Shown here piece after piece: positions 18,946-27,690 of a stretch of DNA of 60,247 nucleotides. The stretch comes from a virus (Duplodnaviria; Caudoviricetes), in IMG/VR virus record IMGVR_UViG_3300033149_001001, positions 1-60,247 of that record, one strand, 5' to 3'. The notes beneath the pieces are model-generated. The model worked only from the letters and a program-made list of their open reading frames with translations. It was not told where the DNA came from and did not search any database. The stretch's first letter is position 1, and each line of letters starts with the position of its first letter. The position numbers were made by a program, and so were the translations under genes.

Positions 18946-21746
18946 TGGCATTCTTCTTCACACTACTTCTGTGGGTTGGTACATTCGCACTTTCGCAGTT
19001 GCTCACTCCTGAGCCGGAACTTGAAAACGCTCGTCCGGCTACTCTGGATGACTTCACTTTTCCTACGGCAACCGAAGGTCGAATGATCCCACTCCACTGG
19101 GGAACTGATCTAATGAAGGGGCCGAATGTCATTTGGTATGGTGACTTACGAGCTATTCCGAAAACTGAAAAGATCAAGGTCAATCTCTTCGAGAAAAAGA
19201 AAATCATTGTTGGGTGGGTGTACTATATCGGGTTCCAGATGGGAATTTGCCTTGGCCCGGCTACACTAAAGGCCATATACATTGGAGACGAGAAAGTTTG
19301 GTCCGGCACTCAGGCCACTGACGGGGCTATTGAAATTAGCCACGAAAACGCCATAGGAACCTTCCGATTCTTCACGGGTTCCAAAACACAGGCGACATCC
19401 ACATATCTCGAAACGCATCAAACGCTCTGTCCGGCCTATCGTGGATTATGCTACGGTGTCTGGGAAGGCGGCTATGTTGGCGAATCGACATCGATCAAGC
19501 CCTGGTCCTTCGAAATCGAGCGATGCCCAACGGGGCTCGCTTCCGCCCATCCGAAAGTCAACGATGCTGACTCGAACCCGGTTGAGATCGCATATGAGAT
19601 TCTGACGGATACAAGCTGGGGCTATGGTTATTCGCCCAGCGATATTGACTTGCCTGATTTTCGAGCTAAGGCCGAAATCTTATATGCCGAAGGGCAGGGC
19701 ATGTCGTTCATTCTGGCGAACCAGAAGAAAGCAACAAGTATCCTACAAGAGATTGAAAAACAAATCGACGGTCATTTGCGAATCGACGCCCAAAGTGGGT
19801 TGTGGAAACTCGATTTGATCCGTGATGGGTATTCGATTGATGGGCTCCAGGAAGCTAATTCCTCAAACATCAAAGAGATTGTCGAGTTTTCTCGGAGTGG
19901 GTGGGAAGGCACGGTCAACTCAGTTCGTGTTCGGTATAAGAGGCGAGCCAATAATTATGCCGAGGGCTTCGTACCTGCTCATGATTCGGCGAACATGAAA
20001 ATCCAGAATCGCCGGGTTCCAGCAATTTTCTCTTTTATCGGTTTGCGAGATGACACGCTGGCAAATAAGATCGTCTGGAGAGAATTGCGGGCTCGATCAT
20101 ATCCGTTCGCCAAACTTCGGATGCGGGTCAATCGGGAGTTCTGGAATTCCTATGTTGGTAAGGTGATTTTATTCACCTATACTTTCCAAGATTTCTCGAT
20201 TACGAAAATGCCATTCCGGATCACTCGAATCGACGCAGGTAATACAGAAGAGCCGGAAATCATGATTGACGCAGTGCAGGATGTATTCTCGTGGAAATCT
20301 GGGGCATTCTCTGATCCTGATGCTTCATCCTGGACCATTCCGGAAACAAACTTGGAGCCGTTTGCTGGCGACGAGCAGTTGGTGCTTGAGGCCCCATATG
20401 CCATGTCCCGACGTCATGACACCCCCACCGAAGGTCGATTGTTCTGCGGCGGTGTGTCGCCCGGCCGCGAGGAAGCCGGATTTGAGATCATGCAGAGGAA
20501 TTCCTCTGGTACACCTTCTGGCTCATTCTATTCGGCTGGAAGCATTGGCAGCTTCCTCTGGGTCGGTACATTGAATAGTGACGTAGACAATGACGAAACG
20601 ACGCTCAATGTGACCACGGACTTGAATGCAGCCGAGATCATTGCCGCAACAGATTATGATATAGGAAATAATCTGGTGAACTTGGTCATGATTGGTGATG
20701 AATTCCTGGCGTGTTCTGGAGCATCCACAATCACCGGTGGGTTGTCCCTCACTGGATGCTATCGTGGCCTACTGGACAGTGCTCAGGCAAGTCATTTGGC
20801 TGGAACCGATGTCTACATCTTCATAGGCGGTGGGTTGAGTGACGTCGCCTTTGACCCGACGTACAACATCCATGTTCGGCTACTGCCGTTCAACACTGCG
20901 GGCAACCAAGTCGCGATAGATGATTCTGGGATCACACAGGTCGATATAGCCATGAACAAGCGAGAACGTAGGCCCTATCCTCCTACATTCTTGAGGTTCA
21001 ATGCCGTGACCTATCCGGCCTCTGTGAACATTGATAGTGATGTCGCCGTGACGTTCAATCGGCGTGATTTCCGTATCTTTGATGAAGTCTCTCAGAACGC
21101 GACCGACGCCTCGACTATCAACGGGGACTTCCCGGCCAACAACAGTACTCAATATCAGCTTATCCTACTTGAGGGGATCACCGAAAAGTGGACTGGCTCC
21201 TGGAATGCTGGAACCGCTTCATTGAGCATTACCAGGACCAAGATTCTTCGTTATCTTGACGGCCTGCCTTCGGACCTGACTTTAGCCGTTCATACACGGC
21301 ACACGAAGGATACCGTGGTATATGAGGCCCTCTATAGGCCTCAGTGGACCGCCTCAGTGATCTCTGGGCTATCTGGAGACGTGTGGTTGGGCGTCATCGA
21401 TACTGAGCAGATAGGAGCTAAGTGGACGGCTCCCAGCACTGGTACATATGCGTTTTCGCTGGAATCGGCTCTGGCTGGCGATGTAGAGGCCCGAATCAAT
21501 GGCGGAACATTCCAGACGATCATCACCGCAGGAAATTTAGTTGGGGACTTGACGGGAGTTGCAGTTAATGATATAATTGAAGTTAGGCACCAAGATTCAT
21601 CGTCAAGTAATGAAGTTCTTTTAACGATTGATAGTCCTTCTCACAGTGAAGATGCTTTTGCAGTTTTGATTTTTGACAATGTATACGGCCCAACATATGG
21701 TGGCTTTGGCATAGGCGGCTTTGGCACGGGCCCATTTGGGAGGTAA
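18945..21746 (+). CDS. Tail tip/central fibre (host specificity) protein
   Basis: FPTATEGRMIP..WGT, PAYRGL and DSNPVEIAYEILT motifs; TAATG overlap start. Confidence 0.85.
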   Translation: MAFFFTLLLWVGTFALSQLLTPEPELENARPATLDDFTFPTATEGRMIPLHWGTDLMKGPNVIWYGDLRAIPKTEKIKVNLFEKKKIIVGWVYYIGFQMGICLGPATLKAIYIGDEKVWSGTQATDGAIEISHENAIGTFRFFTGSKTQATSTYLETHQTLCPAYRGLCYGVWEGGYVGESTSIKPWSFEIERCPTGLASAHPKVNDADSNPVEIAYEILTDTSWGYGYSPSDIDLPDFRAKAEILYAEGQGMSFILANQKKATSILQEIEKQIDGHLRIDAQSGLWKLDLIRDGYSIDGLQEANSSNIKEIVEFSRSGWEGTVNSVRVRYKRRANNYAEGFVPAHDSANMKIQNRRVPAIFSFIGLRDDTLANKIVWRELRARSYPFAKLRMRVNREFWNSYVGKVILFTYTFQDFSITKMPFRITRIDAGNTEEPEIMIDAVQDVFSWKSGAFSDPDASSWTIPETNLEPFAGDEQLVLEAPYAMSRRHDTPTEGRLFCGGVSPGREEAGFEIMQRNSSGTPSGSFYSAGSIGSFLWVGTLNSDVDNDETTLNVTTDLNAAEIIAATDYDIGNNLVNLVMIGDEFLACSGASTITGGLSLTGCYRGLLDSAQASHLAGTDVYIFIGGGLSDVAFDPTYNIHVRLLPFNTAGNQVAIDDSGITQVDIAMNKRERRPYPPTFLRFNAVTYPASVNIDSDVAVTFNRRDFRIFDEVSQNATDASTINGDFPANNSTQYQLILLEGITEKWTGSWNAGTASLSITRTKILRYLDGLPSDLTLAVHTRHTKDTVVYEALYRPQWTASVISGLSGDVWLGVIDTEQIGAKWTAPSTGTYAFSLESALAGDVEARINGGTFQTIITAGNLVGDLTGVAVNDIIEVRHQDSSSSNEVLLTIDSPSHSEDAFAVLIFDNVYGPTYGGFGIGGFGTGPFGR

Positions 21747-21748
21747 CC

Positions 21749-23362
21749 ATGGCAACATATCCGGCTAACGGAAGTTATGTAGATACTTGGGATGCGGCCT
21801 TATTGGCTTGGCTGACTGATACAGTGTTTGACACTGATGGTAGTTTCAAGGCTGAATCGGAACCTACGTTTGCAGGCTTGAATCTCAGTGGCTTAACCGC
21901 GAATCGCTTATTGGCAGGTAATGCGGACAAAGATTTAGTATCCACAGACTTAGCTTCATGGATAGCCGGGACCGCTAATCAAGTGAATGTGACAAATGGA
22001 GGGGACGGTACGGTTACGCTTTCTGGACCACAAAATTTACATACATCGGCCACGCCTGAATTTTCGGCCCTAACTCTCAGTTCTACTTCTACCCCTTTGT
22101 ACGCGGGACCGTGGACCGGACGCCCAGAGCCCATCGCCGCCCATTGCAATATATATGGTGACTTGTTTTGTGGCAATGTGGGGGAGAATGTTGGCCGTTT
22201 CCGAGTATCAAGCAATGCCAGCAATGGATTTTTACAGTGGAACCGCTATTATGATGGTACAGCGTCACAACAGATGGACGTGACAAAACCAAGTTTTTCA
22301 TTTGAACTGAAAGGCGGTGCTGATGCTGTAACGATATCGAGGAGTGATCCCGGCAGTACAACAATGGTAACTTTGTTTGAATTGAATGGAGCTACAGGAA
22401 AGGTAACTATTGGTGATTTACTGGCAGATGATATAGTAGCGGATTCTTTGGTAATAGATTCGACTACATTGATTGTAGATGCTGTGGATCATCAAGTTGG
22501 CATCGGTACAACACCTCAGCGTTTATTCCATCTTGCTGAGGAAGAATTCCCCTACATGCACTTTACTGATGATGTTTCTGGTCATGGTGCGAGTGATGGT
22601 ATGACGGTAGGTATGAGAGGTGGAACCTCTGTAACTGCATTTATCCGTGTTCGAGAAGATCGTCCTTTTAGTATATGGACCGACGATGCAGAACGACTAA
22701 CTGTCCTCGGCAATGGAAATATAGGAATCAACACAACTTCGGCTAATGCACGGTTAGATGTTCGCGGTAACACCCGTCTTGGAGATGGTAATACCAATTA
22801 TGCTGAAATCAAGGCAGATGGGGAAATCAATCTACACGGCACAGCAAGAGTCAAGCAGGCTATCTGGATTGATTCCAATGGTATTAAGGCCCCCGGTTCT
22901 AAGCCCGCAACCGAAGTTGCTCACGGCGATTTGGAAGTAGCAGCATGGCAGTTTGCTGATGAATCTCTTGAAACAAACCAACAATCGGTAAGTTGGTCTT
23001 GTCGTATTCCAGAGCCAATGGATCGAACGGTAGCTCCAACAATTACTATAGCATGGTCTGCCGATGGGGTTAGCCCAGGTAACTGTGAATGGCAACTGGA
23101 GTATTTCTGGACGGCCCCAGGTGAAGATACGACTCAGGGGGCCGAAGAAACTTTAACCCAGACTGCGGCTGCTTCTTCTACGGCTCACGGTATGGTAATT
23201 ACTACTTTCACTGGAATCAATGTTCCTGGTGGTTCCGATGTTTGCCTGCATTGCAGATTAACCAGACTATCGGCTGGGACCAATGATACTATAGCAGATA
23301 CCGTGGAATTGCATGGTACTTGTTTTCAGTTCACCTGTGACAAATTAGGTGAGGCCACATAA
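21749..23362 (+). CDS. Tail fibre/receptor-binding protein
   Basis: Beta-strand fibre repeats (VGIGTTP, GNGNIGINTT..ARLDVRG); end of tail module. Confidence 0.75.
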   Translation: MATYPANGSYVDTWDAALLAWLTDTVFDTDGSFKAESEPTFAGLNLSGLTANRLLAGNADKDLVSTDLASWIAGTANQVNVTNGGDGTVTLSGPQNLHTSATPEFSALTLSSTSTPLYAGPWTGRPEPIAAHCNIYGDLFCGNVGENVGRFRVSSNASNGFLQWNRYYDGTASQQMDVTKPSFSFELKGGADAVTISRSDPGSTTMVTLFELNGATGKVTIGDLLADDIVADSLVIDSTTLIVDAVDHQVGIGTTPQRLFHLAEEEFPYMHFTDDVSGHGASDGMTVGMRGGTSVTAFIRVREDRPFSIWTDDAERLTVLGNGNIGINTTSANARLDVRGNTRLGDGNTNYAEIKADGEINLHGTARVKQAIWIDSNGIKAPGSKPATEVAHGDLEVAAWQFADESLETNQQSVSWSCRIPEPMDRTVAPTITIAWSADGVSPGNCEWQLEYFWTAPGEDTTQGAEETLTQTAAASSTAHGMVITTFTGINVPGGSDVCLHCRLTRLSAGTNDTIADTVELHGTCFQFTCDKLGEAT

Positions 23363-23379
23363 AATTAGGAGATCAGAAG

Positions 23380-23535
23380 ATGAAGATTAGTGGAGACTCA
23401 GAAGGTCTACAGGCTGTTATTGTCCTATGTGATATTGCTCTCAAGACTCAAGGCGTGAAGGTCCTGGATTTTGTGACGAAAGTACGGGCCGCAGTAACGC
23501 CCGTGGAGGAAGACAGTGACGAAAATACTTCTTGA
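23380..23535 (+). CDS. Small protein after the tail fibre (51 aa, possible fibre chaperone)
   Basis: Hand-found ORF with AGGAG RBS. Confidence 0.5.
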   Translation: MKISGDSEGLQAVIVLCDIALKTQGVKVLDFVTKVRAAVTPVEEDSDENTS

Positions 23536-23560
23536 CAAGTGTACAAGAATCATGTATACT
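23532..23560 (+). promoter_or_regulatory. Sigma70-like promoter
   Basis: TTGACA-N17-TATACT. Confidence 0.75.
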
Positions 23561-23585
23561 TGAACAAGTTGAAAGGATTTGAGCA

Positions 23586-23834
23586 GTGAACGACAACACG
23601 GAAATAGAAAAAGTTATTGACAAAACGGTCCATGCGACTCTGACGAAGATCGGCTTTGATCTATCAGACCCGATTGAACTTCAAGCAGATATGCACTTTT
23701 TGCGTTCTGCTCGAACACTGACTTCAACGGCGGGTATTCGGGCGATCATGACCCTCGTAGGACTTATCACGATAGGGCTGGCTGGCGGAGCCTTAATCGC
23801 TATAGGGAGAGCAATCAAGCAAGCCTGTAACTAA
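23586..23834 (+). CDS. Small membrane protein, possible holin
   Basis: One C-terminal hydrophobic helix; sits at the usual lysis position. Confidence 0.4.
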   Translation: MNDNTEIEKVIDKTVHATLTKIGFDLSDPIELQADMHFLRSARTLTSTAGIRAIMTLVGLITIGLAGGALIAIGRAIKQACN

Positions 23835-23859
23835 TCACACAATTCGAGGAGAGTGGAGA

Positions 23860-24015
23860 ATGCCCAAAATCACGAATGCCGAAATCGACAAAGTAGCAGA
23901 GAGAGTCTATCGAGAGCTTATCAGTGTCCTGGGGCTCAAGGCGGCCCGAAAAGCTCAACTCCAGATCGGACGATTACTTCTCCAGGAACAGAAGCGTCGA
24001 AAAGACCTTGATTAG
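23860..24015 (+). CDS. Hypothetical protein (51 aa)
   Basis: Hand-found ORF MPKITNAEID..., GGAG RBS. Confidence 0.55.
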   Translation: MPKITNAEIDKVAERVYRELISVLGLKAARKAQLQIGRLLLQEQKRRKDLD

Positions 24016-24023
24016 GAGAGCCC

Positions 24024-25049
24024 ATGTCTAACGAAAAAGATACAAATCCGAAAGAGGCAGTGGGGATTCGCAAGGTAGCGATGAGTTGCCTCAGTAGCCC
24101 AGTGGTAGCTTTGGTGGCTCAGGCGTATCAAGCTAATGGCTTCAATCCCCAAAAAAGCATTCTCGCTTCGCATCACTGCAACTTAGCGATAAACTACCTC
24201 ATGGGTTTTTGGGAAGGCATCAGAGATTCGGCGTATCCACCAGCACTTGCACAAGCTATGGCACATGTCATGATGATACGAGACGCTCAGCTTGGGGGTA
24301 GATTACTTGATGATCGAAAGAAAAGTGCTGGTGGGCTACATGTTTCTGAACTAAATACCAATGCGGCGGATATCATTGCGAAGTATCTGGAGTGCAAACC
24401 TCCTTTTACACATTTGCACGGCAGCCCAATAGGTAGCCGCTTGGTTTTGGATCGTGAATACGAAACGCCATACCATGTTCTTCCCTGGCGTGTCGTGATG
24501 GAAGCCGCCCTGGGCATGATGGAAGGGGCCCGAAAGTATGGCCGACACAATTATCGCAAGATGGGCGTTCGTGCCAGTGTCTATTATGACGCGGGATGTC
24601 GGCATCTCCTTGATTTCATCGAGGGTACTGACGTTGATAAGGATAGTGGCTTATCTCACTTAGCGAAGTTCCTATCCTGTATATCAGTGCTTTTGGACTG
24701 TCAGCTTATGGGCAACTGGGTTGATGATCGCCCAATCCGCATTCCATTAAGACATGCTCAGGAAAGCGACACCTTGGCCACCAAAGACTGTAGAGATATA
24801 ATTGAGAAGCGAGCAGTACGTTTAAGAACTGGGCAAATTCTCCCAGGAGAGCATACCTGTGCGAAGTGGAAATCCATAGACAGCAATCCACCGTATTATT
24901 CGTTGGGGGTGTGTCCAACATGTCAACATCAAGTAAATCATCTTTGTCCCGGCCCGCTCTGCTTGTCTTGTGATAAGCAGGAGACCTGTGCAAAAATGAA
25001 CTACGAAGACCCAATCGAACACTGTACGGAATGGACGTCCCGTGACTAA
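24024..25049 (+). CDS. dATP/dGTP diphosphohydrolase-like protein (DUF5664-type) with duplicated domain and Cys-rich tail
   Basis: NPKEAVG..K; GARKYGRHNY, YDAGCRHL, DSGLSHLA and DDRP motifs. Confidence 0.8.
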   Translation: MSNEKDTNPKEAVGIRKVAMSCLSSPVVALVAQAYQANGFNPQKSILASHHCNLAINYLMGFWEGIRDSAYPPALAQAMAHVMMIRDAQLGGRLLDDRKKSAGGLHVSELNTNAADIIAKYLECKPPFTHLHGSPIGSRLVLDREYETPYHVLPWRVVMEAALGMMEGARKYGRHNYRKMGVRASVYYDAGCRHLLDFIEGTDVDKDSGLSHLAKFLSCISVLLDCQLMGNWVDDRPIRIPLRHAQESDTLATKDCRDIIEKRAVRLRTGQILPGEHTCAKWKSIDSNPPYYSLGVCPTCQHQVNHLCPGPLCLSCDKQETCAKMNYEDPIEHCTEWTSRD

Positions 25050-25061
25050 TTGGAGGATTAG

Positions 25062-25664
25062 ATGAATAATCACATGATATATCTTGATTGCGATGGAGTC
25101 TACGCCGACTTTATTACTGGAATTCTCGCTGCCCTCAAATACCCGTACGAGGGAATTGACAAATGGCCATTCGGCCGAGTGTTTGACATTTTTCCACTGA
25201 TAGGCACCAACTGGATCGAGGTCAGCACGCACTGCACCACCGACTTCTGGGCTAACTTACCCTGGACTGAGGATGGCCGAGATATTCTCAAACTCATCTG
25301 GGATCGATTTAGTCCAGAGCAAACAATGTTGCTGACAAAGCCGATGGACAATGATGATTCGTACACTGGCAAGGCCCAGTGGGTCACGAAGCATATTCCG
25401 GAGTTGCGGCATCGGATTGTGCCGACTCACGTCAGTAAGCATGAATTCGCCTACGGGGCAACCTCGCTGCTGATTGATGATAGTGAAGAGAACTGTGATA
25501 AGTTTTGCGAAGCCGGTGGGTCCGTGATTCTTGTGCCCCGCCCCTGGAATCGTTACGATTATCTTTTCTTTACAGGCGATACTGTGGCCTTCATTGAGGA
25601 GCAGTTGGATAAGTGGATGGTCGAATCACAGCACCCCGCTCGCTACAACGTGAATGTATCTTGA
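25062..25664 (+). CDS. HAD-family 5'(3')-deoxyribonucleotidase
   Basis: DCDGVYADF motif I, FWANLPW, K..W, LLIDD and PWN motifs. Confidence 0.85.
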   Translation: MNNHMIYLDCDGVYADFITGILAALKYPYEGIDKWPFGRVFDIFPLIGTNWIEVSTHCTTDFWANLPWTEDGRDILKLIWDRFSPEQTMLLTKPMDNDDSYTGKAQWVTKHIPELRHRIVPTHVSKHEFAYGATSLLIDDSEENCDKFCEAGGSVILVPRPWNRYDYLFFTGDTVAFIEEQLDKWMVESQHPARYNVNVS

Positions 25665-25679
25665 TTTGAAAGGATTGAA

Positions 25680-26846
25680 ATGCCGCTGAGTAAAGAAACA
25701 AAACAAGCAATCGCCAAAGAACTACGGGCAAACCCTAATATCAACCGAACTGATTTGGCAAATAGATATGAAGTTTCACGAGGCACGGTCTATAACATAG
25801 CCAAATCGCTGAATATGATCCTTACTCCCGGCGAAGTAGATAGCGAGGCTCAAGTGCTTACTCAGAAACTCCGGGCGGATCGCAATAAACGGCTCTATAA
25901 AGAGGCTCTGAAACAGCTTACCGAGATTCGCCGAGAGTTGGCCCTGTACCAGGAATTCCAGGATGTGAAGAATCTGATCGTCCCACAAAACCAACCTGTC
26001 GATGAATACCGAGGACTCAAGCAGGCCGTGCCGGTGCTGGTGCTGTCCGATTGGCACATTGACGAGCCGGTGGACCCGGCCACCGTGAGCGGGCTGAATG
26101 AGTATAGCCTGGAGATCGCCCGGCAACGTGTGGCAGCCCTTATCAAGGCCGCAACCAAGATCGTCACAATGCTCAAGAAGGATTCGGATATCGAACATCT
26201 TGTTATCACCGCCCTGGGTGACTTCATGTCAGGATGGATTCACGAGGAATTACAAGCCTCGAACGAACTGACCCCGATGGAGTCTGTTCTGGAGGTTCTG
26301 AATATGCTGACGGGACTTATCCAGAATATCCTGGACGCAGGCATTGTAAAAGGAATTACCATGGTTTGCTGCGTGGGTAATCACGGCAGAATCACCAAAC
26401 GCACGTTCTACAAGCTTCGCACAAAAACGTCGTATGAGTGGATGCTATATAATCTGCTAATGCAGCATTTTCATGCGAAGGGCGAAATTCGCGTAAAGTT
26501 TCAAATTCCCACCGGCTATTTCAACTGGGTAAGCATTTGTGGTCGAGATATCCGATGTCACCACGGCGATAACCTTCGCTATAACGGTGGCATTGGTGGG
26601 GTCCATATTCCAGTGAAGAAAGCGATTGCCCAATGGAATAAGGGCAAGCACGCTGATCTCGATATCTTCGGCCACTGGCATACTCTGGAATGGGCAAAAG
26701 ACTACGTTATTAACGGCTCATTGATCGGCTATAACACTTTTGGTGAAATGCTCAAAGCCGATTTCCAGAAGGCTCAACAAGCGTTGTTCCTTATGCACAG
26801 TCGTTTTGATAAAACGGCTCAGTATCCGATCAAGGTGCAGGACTAA
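25680..26846 (+). CDS. HTH-fused calcineurin-like metallophosphoesterase
   Basis: N-terminal HTH (LANRYEVSRGTVY); SDWH, LGD, GNHG, HHGD, GHWH and NGS motifs. Confidence 0.85.
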   Translation: MPLSKETKQAIAKELRANPNINRTDLANRYEVSRGTVYNIAKSLNMILTPGEVDSEAQVLTQKLRADRNKRLYKEALKQLTEIRRELALYQEFQDVKNLIVPQNQPVDEYRGLKQAVPVLVLSDWHIDEPVDPATVSGLNEYSLEIARQRVAALIKAATKIVTMLKKDSDIEHLVITALGDFMSGWIHEELQASNELTPMESVLEVLNMLTGLIQNILDAGIVKGITMVCCVGNHGRITKRTFYKLRTKTSYEWMLYNLLMQHFHAKGEIRVKFQIPTGYFNWVSICGRDIRCHHGDNLRYNGGIGGVHIPVKKAIAQWNKGKHADLDIFGHWHTLEWAKDYVINGSLIGYNTFGEMLKADFQKAQQALFLMHSRFDKTAQYPIKVQD

Positions 26847-27016
26847 TGAGCGGAGCATGGTCACACGGAAAAGGGGACCGGGCTCGTCCAAAGTCCGTCC
26901 CCTACGAGGTCTATGACCTTCGGTATGATCTTGCAATAGGCAGAATTACGAGAAGGGAATTTGATGAGCAAATTGACGCAGCCTGGGAAGCAGCGAAAAA
27001 GCGACAAAGTAAATAG
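26846..27016 (+). CDS. Small hypothetical protein (56 aa, GKGDRxRP motif)
   Basis: Hand-found ORF with TAATG overlap. Confidence 0.55.
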   Translation: MSGAWSHGKGDRARPKSVPYEVYDLRYDLAIGRITRREFDEQIDAAWEAAKKRQSK

Positions 27017-27257
27017 CATATTCGAGGCAGCCGGTGGCTTGTTCTTGCTCCTGAATGTGCTCCAAGTTCTCGCAGACAAATCCGTTGCGGGAGTTAGCAT
27101 CACTACCGTATCCTTCTTTACTATCTGGGGATATTGGAACCTGTACTACTACAAATCAATCCAACAGAAATTTTCGTTGGTGGCTTCTTCACTGGTAACG
27201 CTGGTGAATACGGTATGGCTCGCATTGTTAATCTATTACAAAATAATTGGAGGCTAA
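26961..27257 (+). CDS. PQ-loop/SemiSWEET-like three-helix membrane protein
   Basis: Three hydrophobic helices with a KSVAGVS linker. Confidence 0.55.
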   Translation: MMSKLTQPGKQRKSDKVNSIFEAAGGLFLLLNVLQVLADKSVAGVSITTVSFFTIWGYWNLYYYKSIQQKFSLVASSLVTLVNTVWLALLIYYKIIGG

Positions 27258-27690
27258 GATGATATATCCGGTAGAGAGATCGAATAGCAATCTGGAAAAC
27301 ATATCTGAGATGTGTAACTGGTGGCAACAGCGACTTGGCCTGACCGATTGGGCCATCAAGATACAATTCAAACATATGATTGACATGCGTGATGAAGGCA
27401 TGGCCGAGTCCCATGGCAACCTCAGCCGACGGATAGCTCATATCAACATGAGTCTACCGGAGAGCCGTTCTGAAAATTCATTACCAGATGACACAGAAAC
27501 ATCTATTGTCCATGAGCTACTTCACATCGCATTCCTTGCGTGGCACAACGCCACTGAGCGACTAAATCTCTCGGAAGTAGAGCAAAACGTGTGCTATGAA
27601 CAACCAATCGACCAACTGGCAGAGACCTTAGTCATGTTTCGGCGAAGCTCCGGTCATTACTTCTCATTTGAGTGGGAGGATGAGGCGTGA
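27247..27690 (+). CDS. Zincin-like metallopeptidase
   Basis: WQQRLGLTDW...IVHELLH (HExxH). Confidence 0.65.
   Translation: MEAKMIYPVERSNSNLENISEMCNWWQQRLGLTDWAIKIQFKHMIDMRDEGMAESHGNLSRRIAHINMSLPESRSENSLPDDTETSIVHELLHIAFLAWHNATERLNLSEVEQNVCYEQPIDQLAETLVMFRRSSGHYFSFEWEDEA

Noticed and set aside
21749-23362. Diversity-generating retroelement acting on the fibre
   Set aside because: No reverse transcriptase and no adenine-variant template repeat seen
24024-25049. 2-aminoadenine (Z) or 7-deazaguanine genome
   Set aside because: No purZ, folE/queC/D/E or dpdA-like gene recognised
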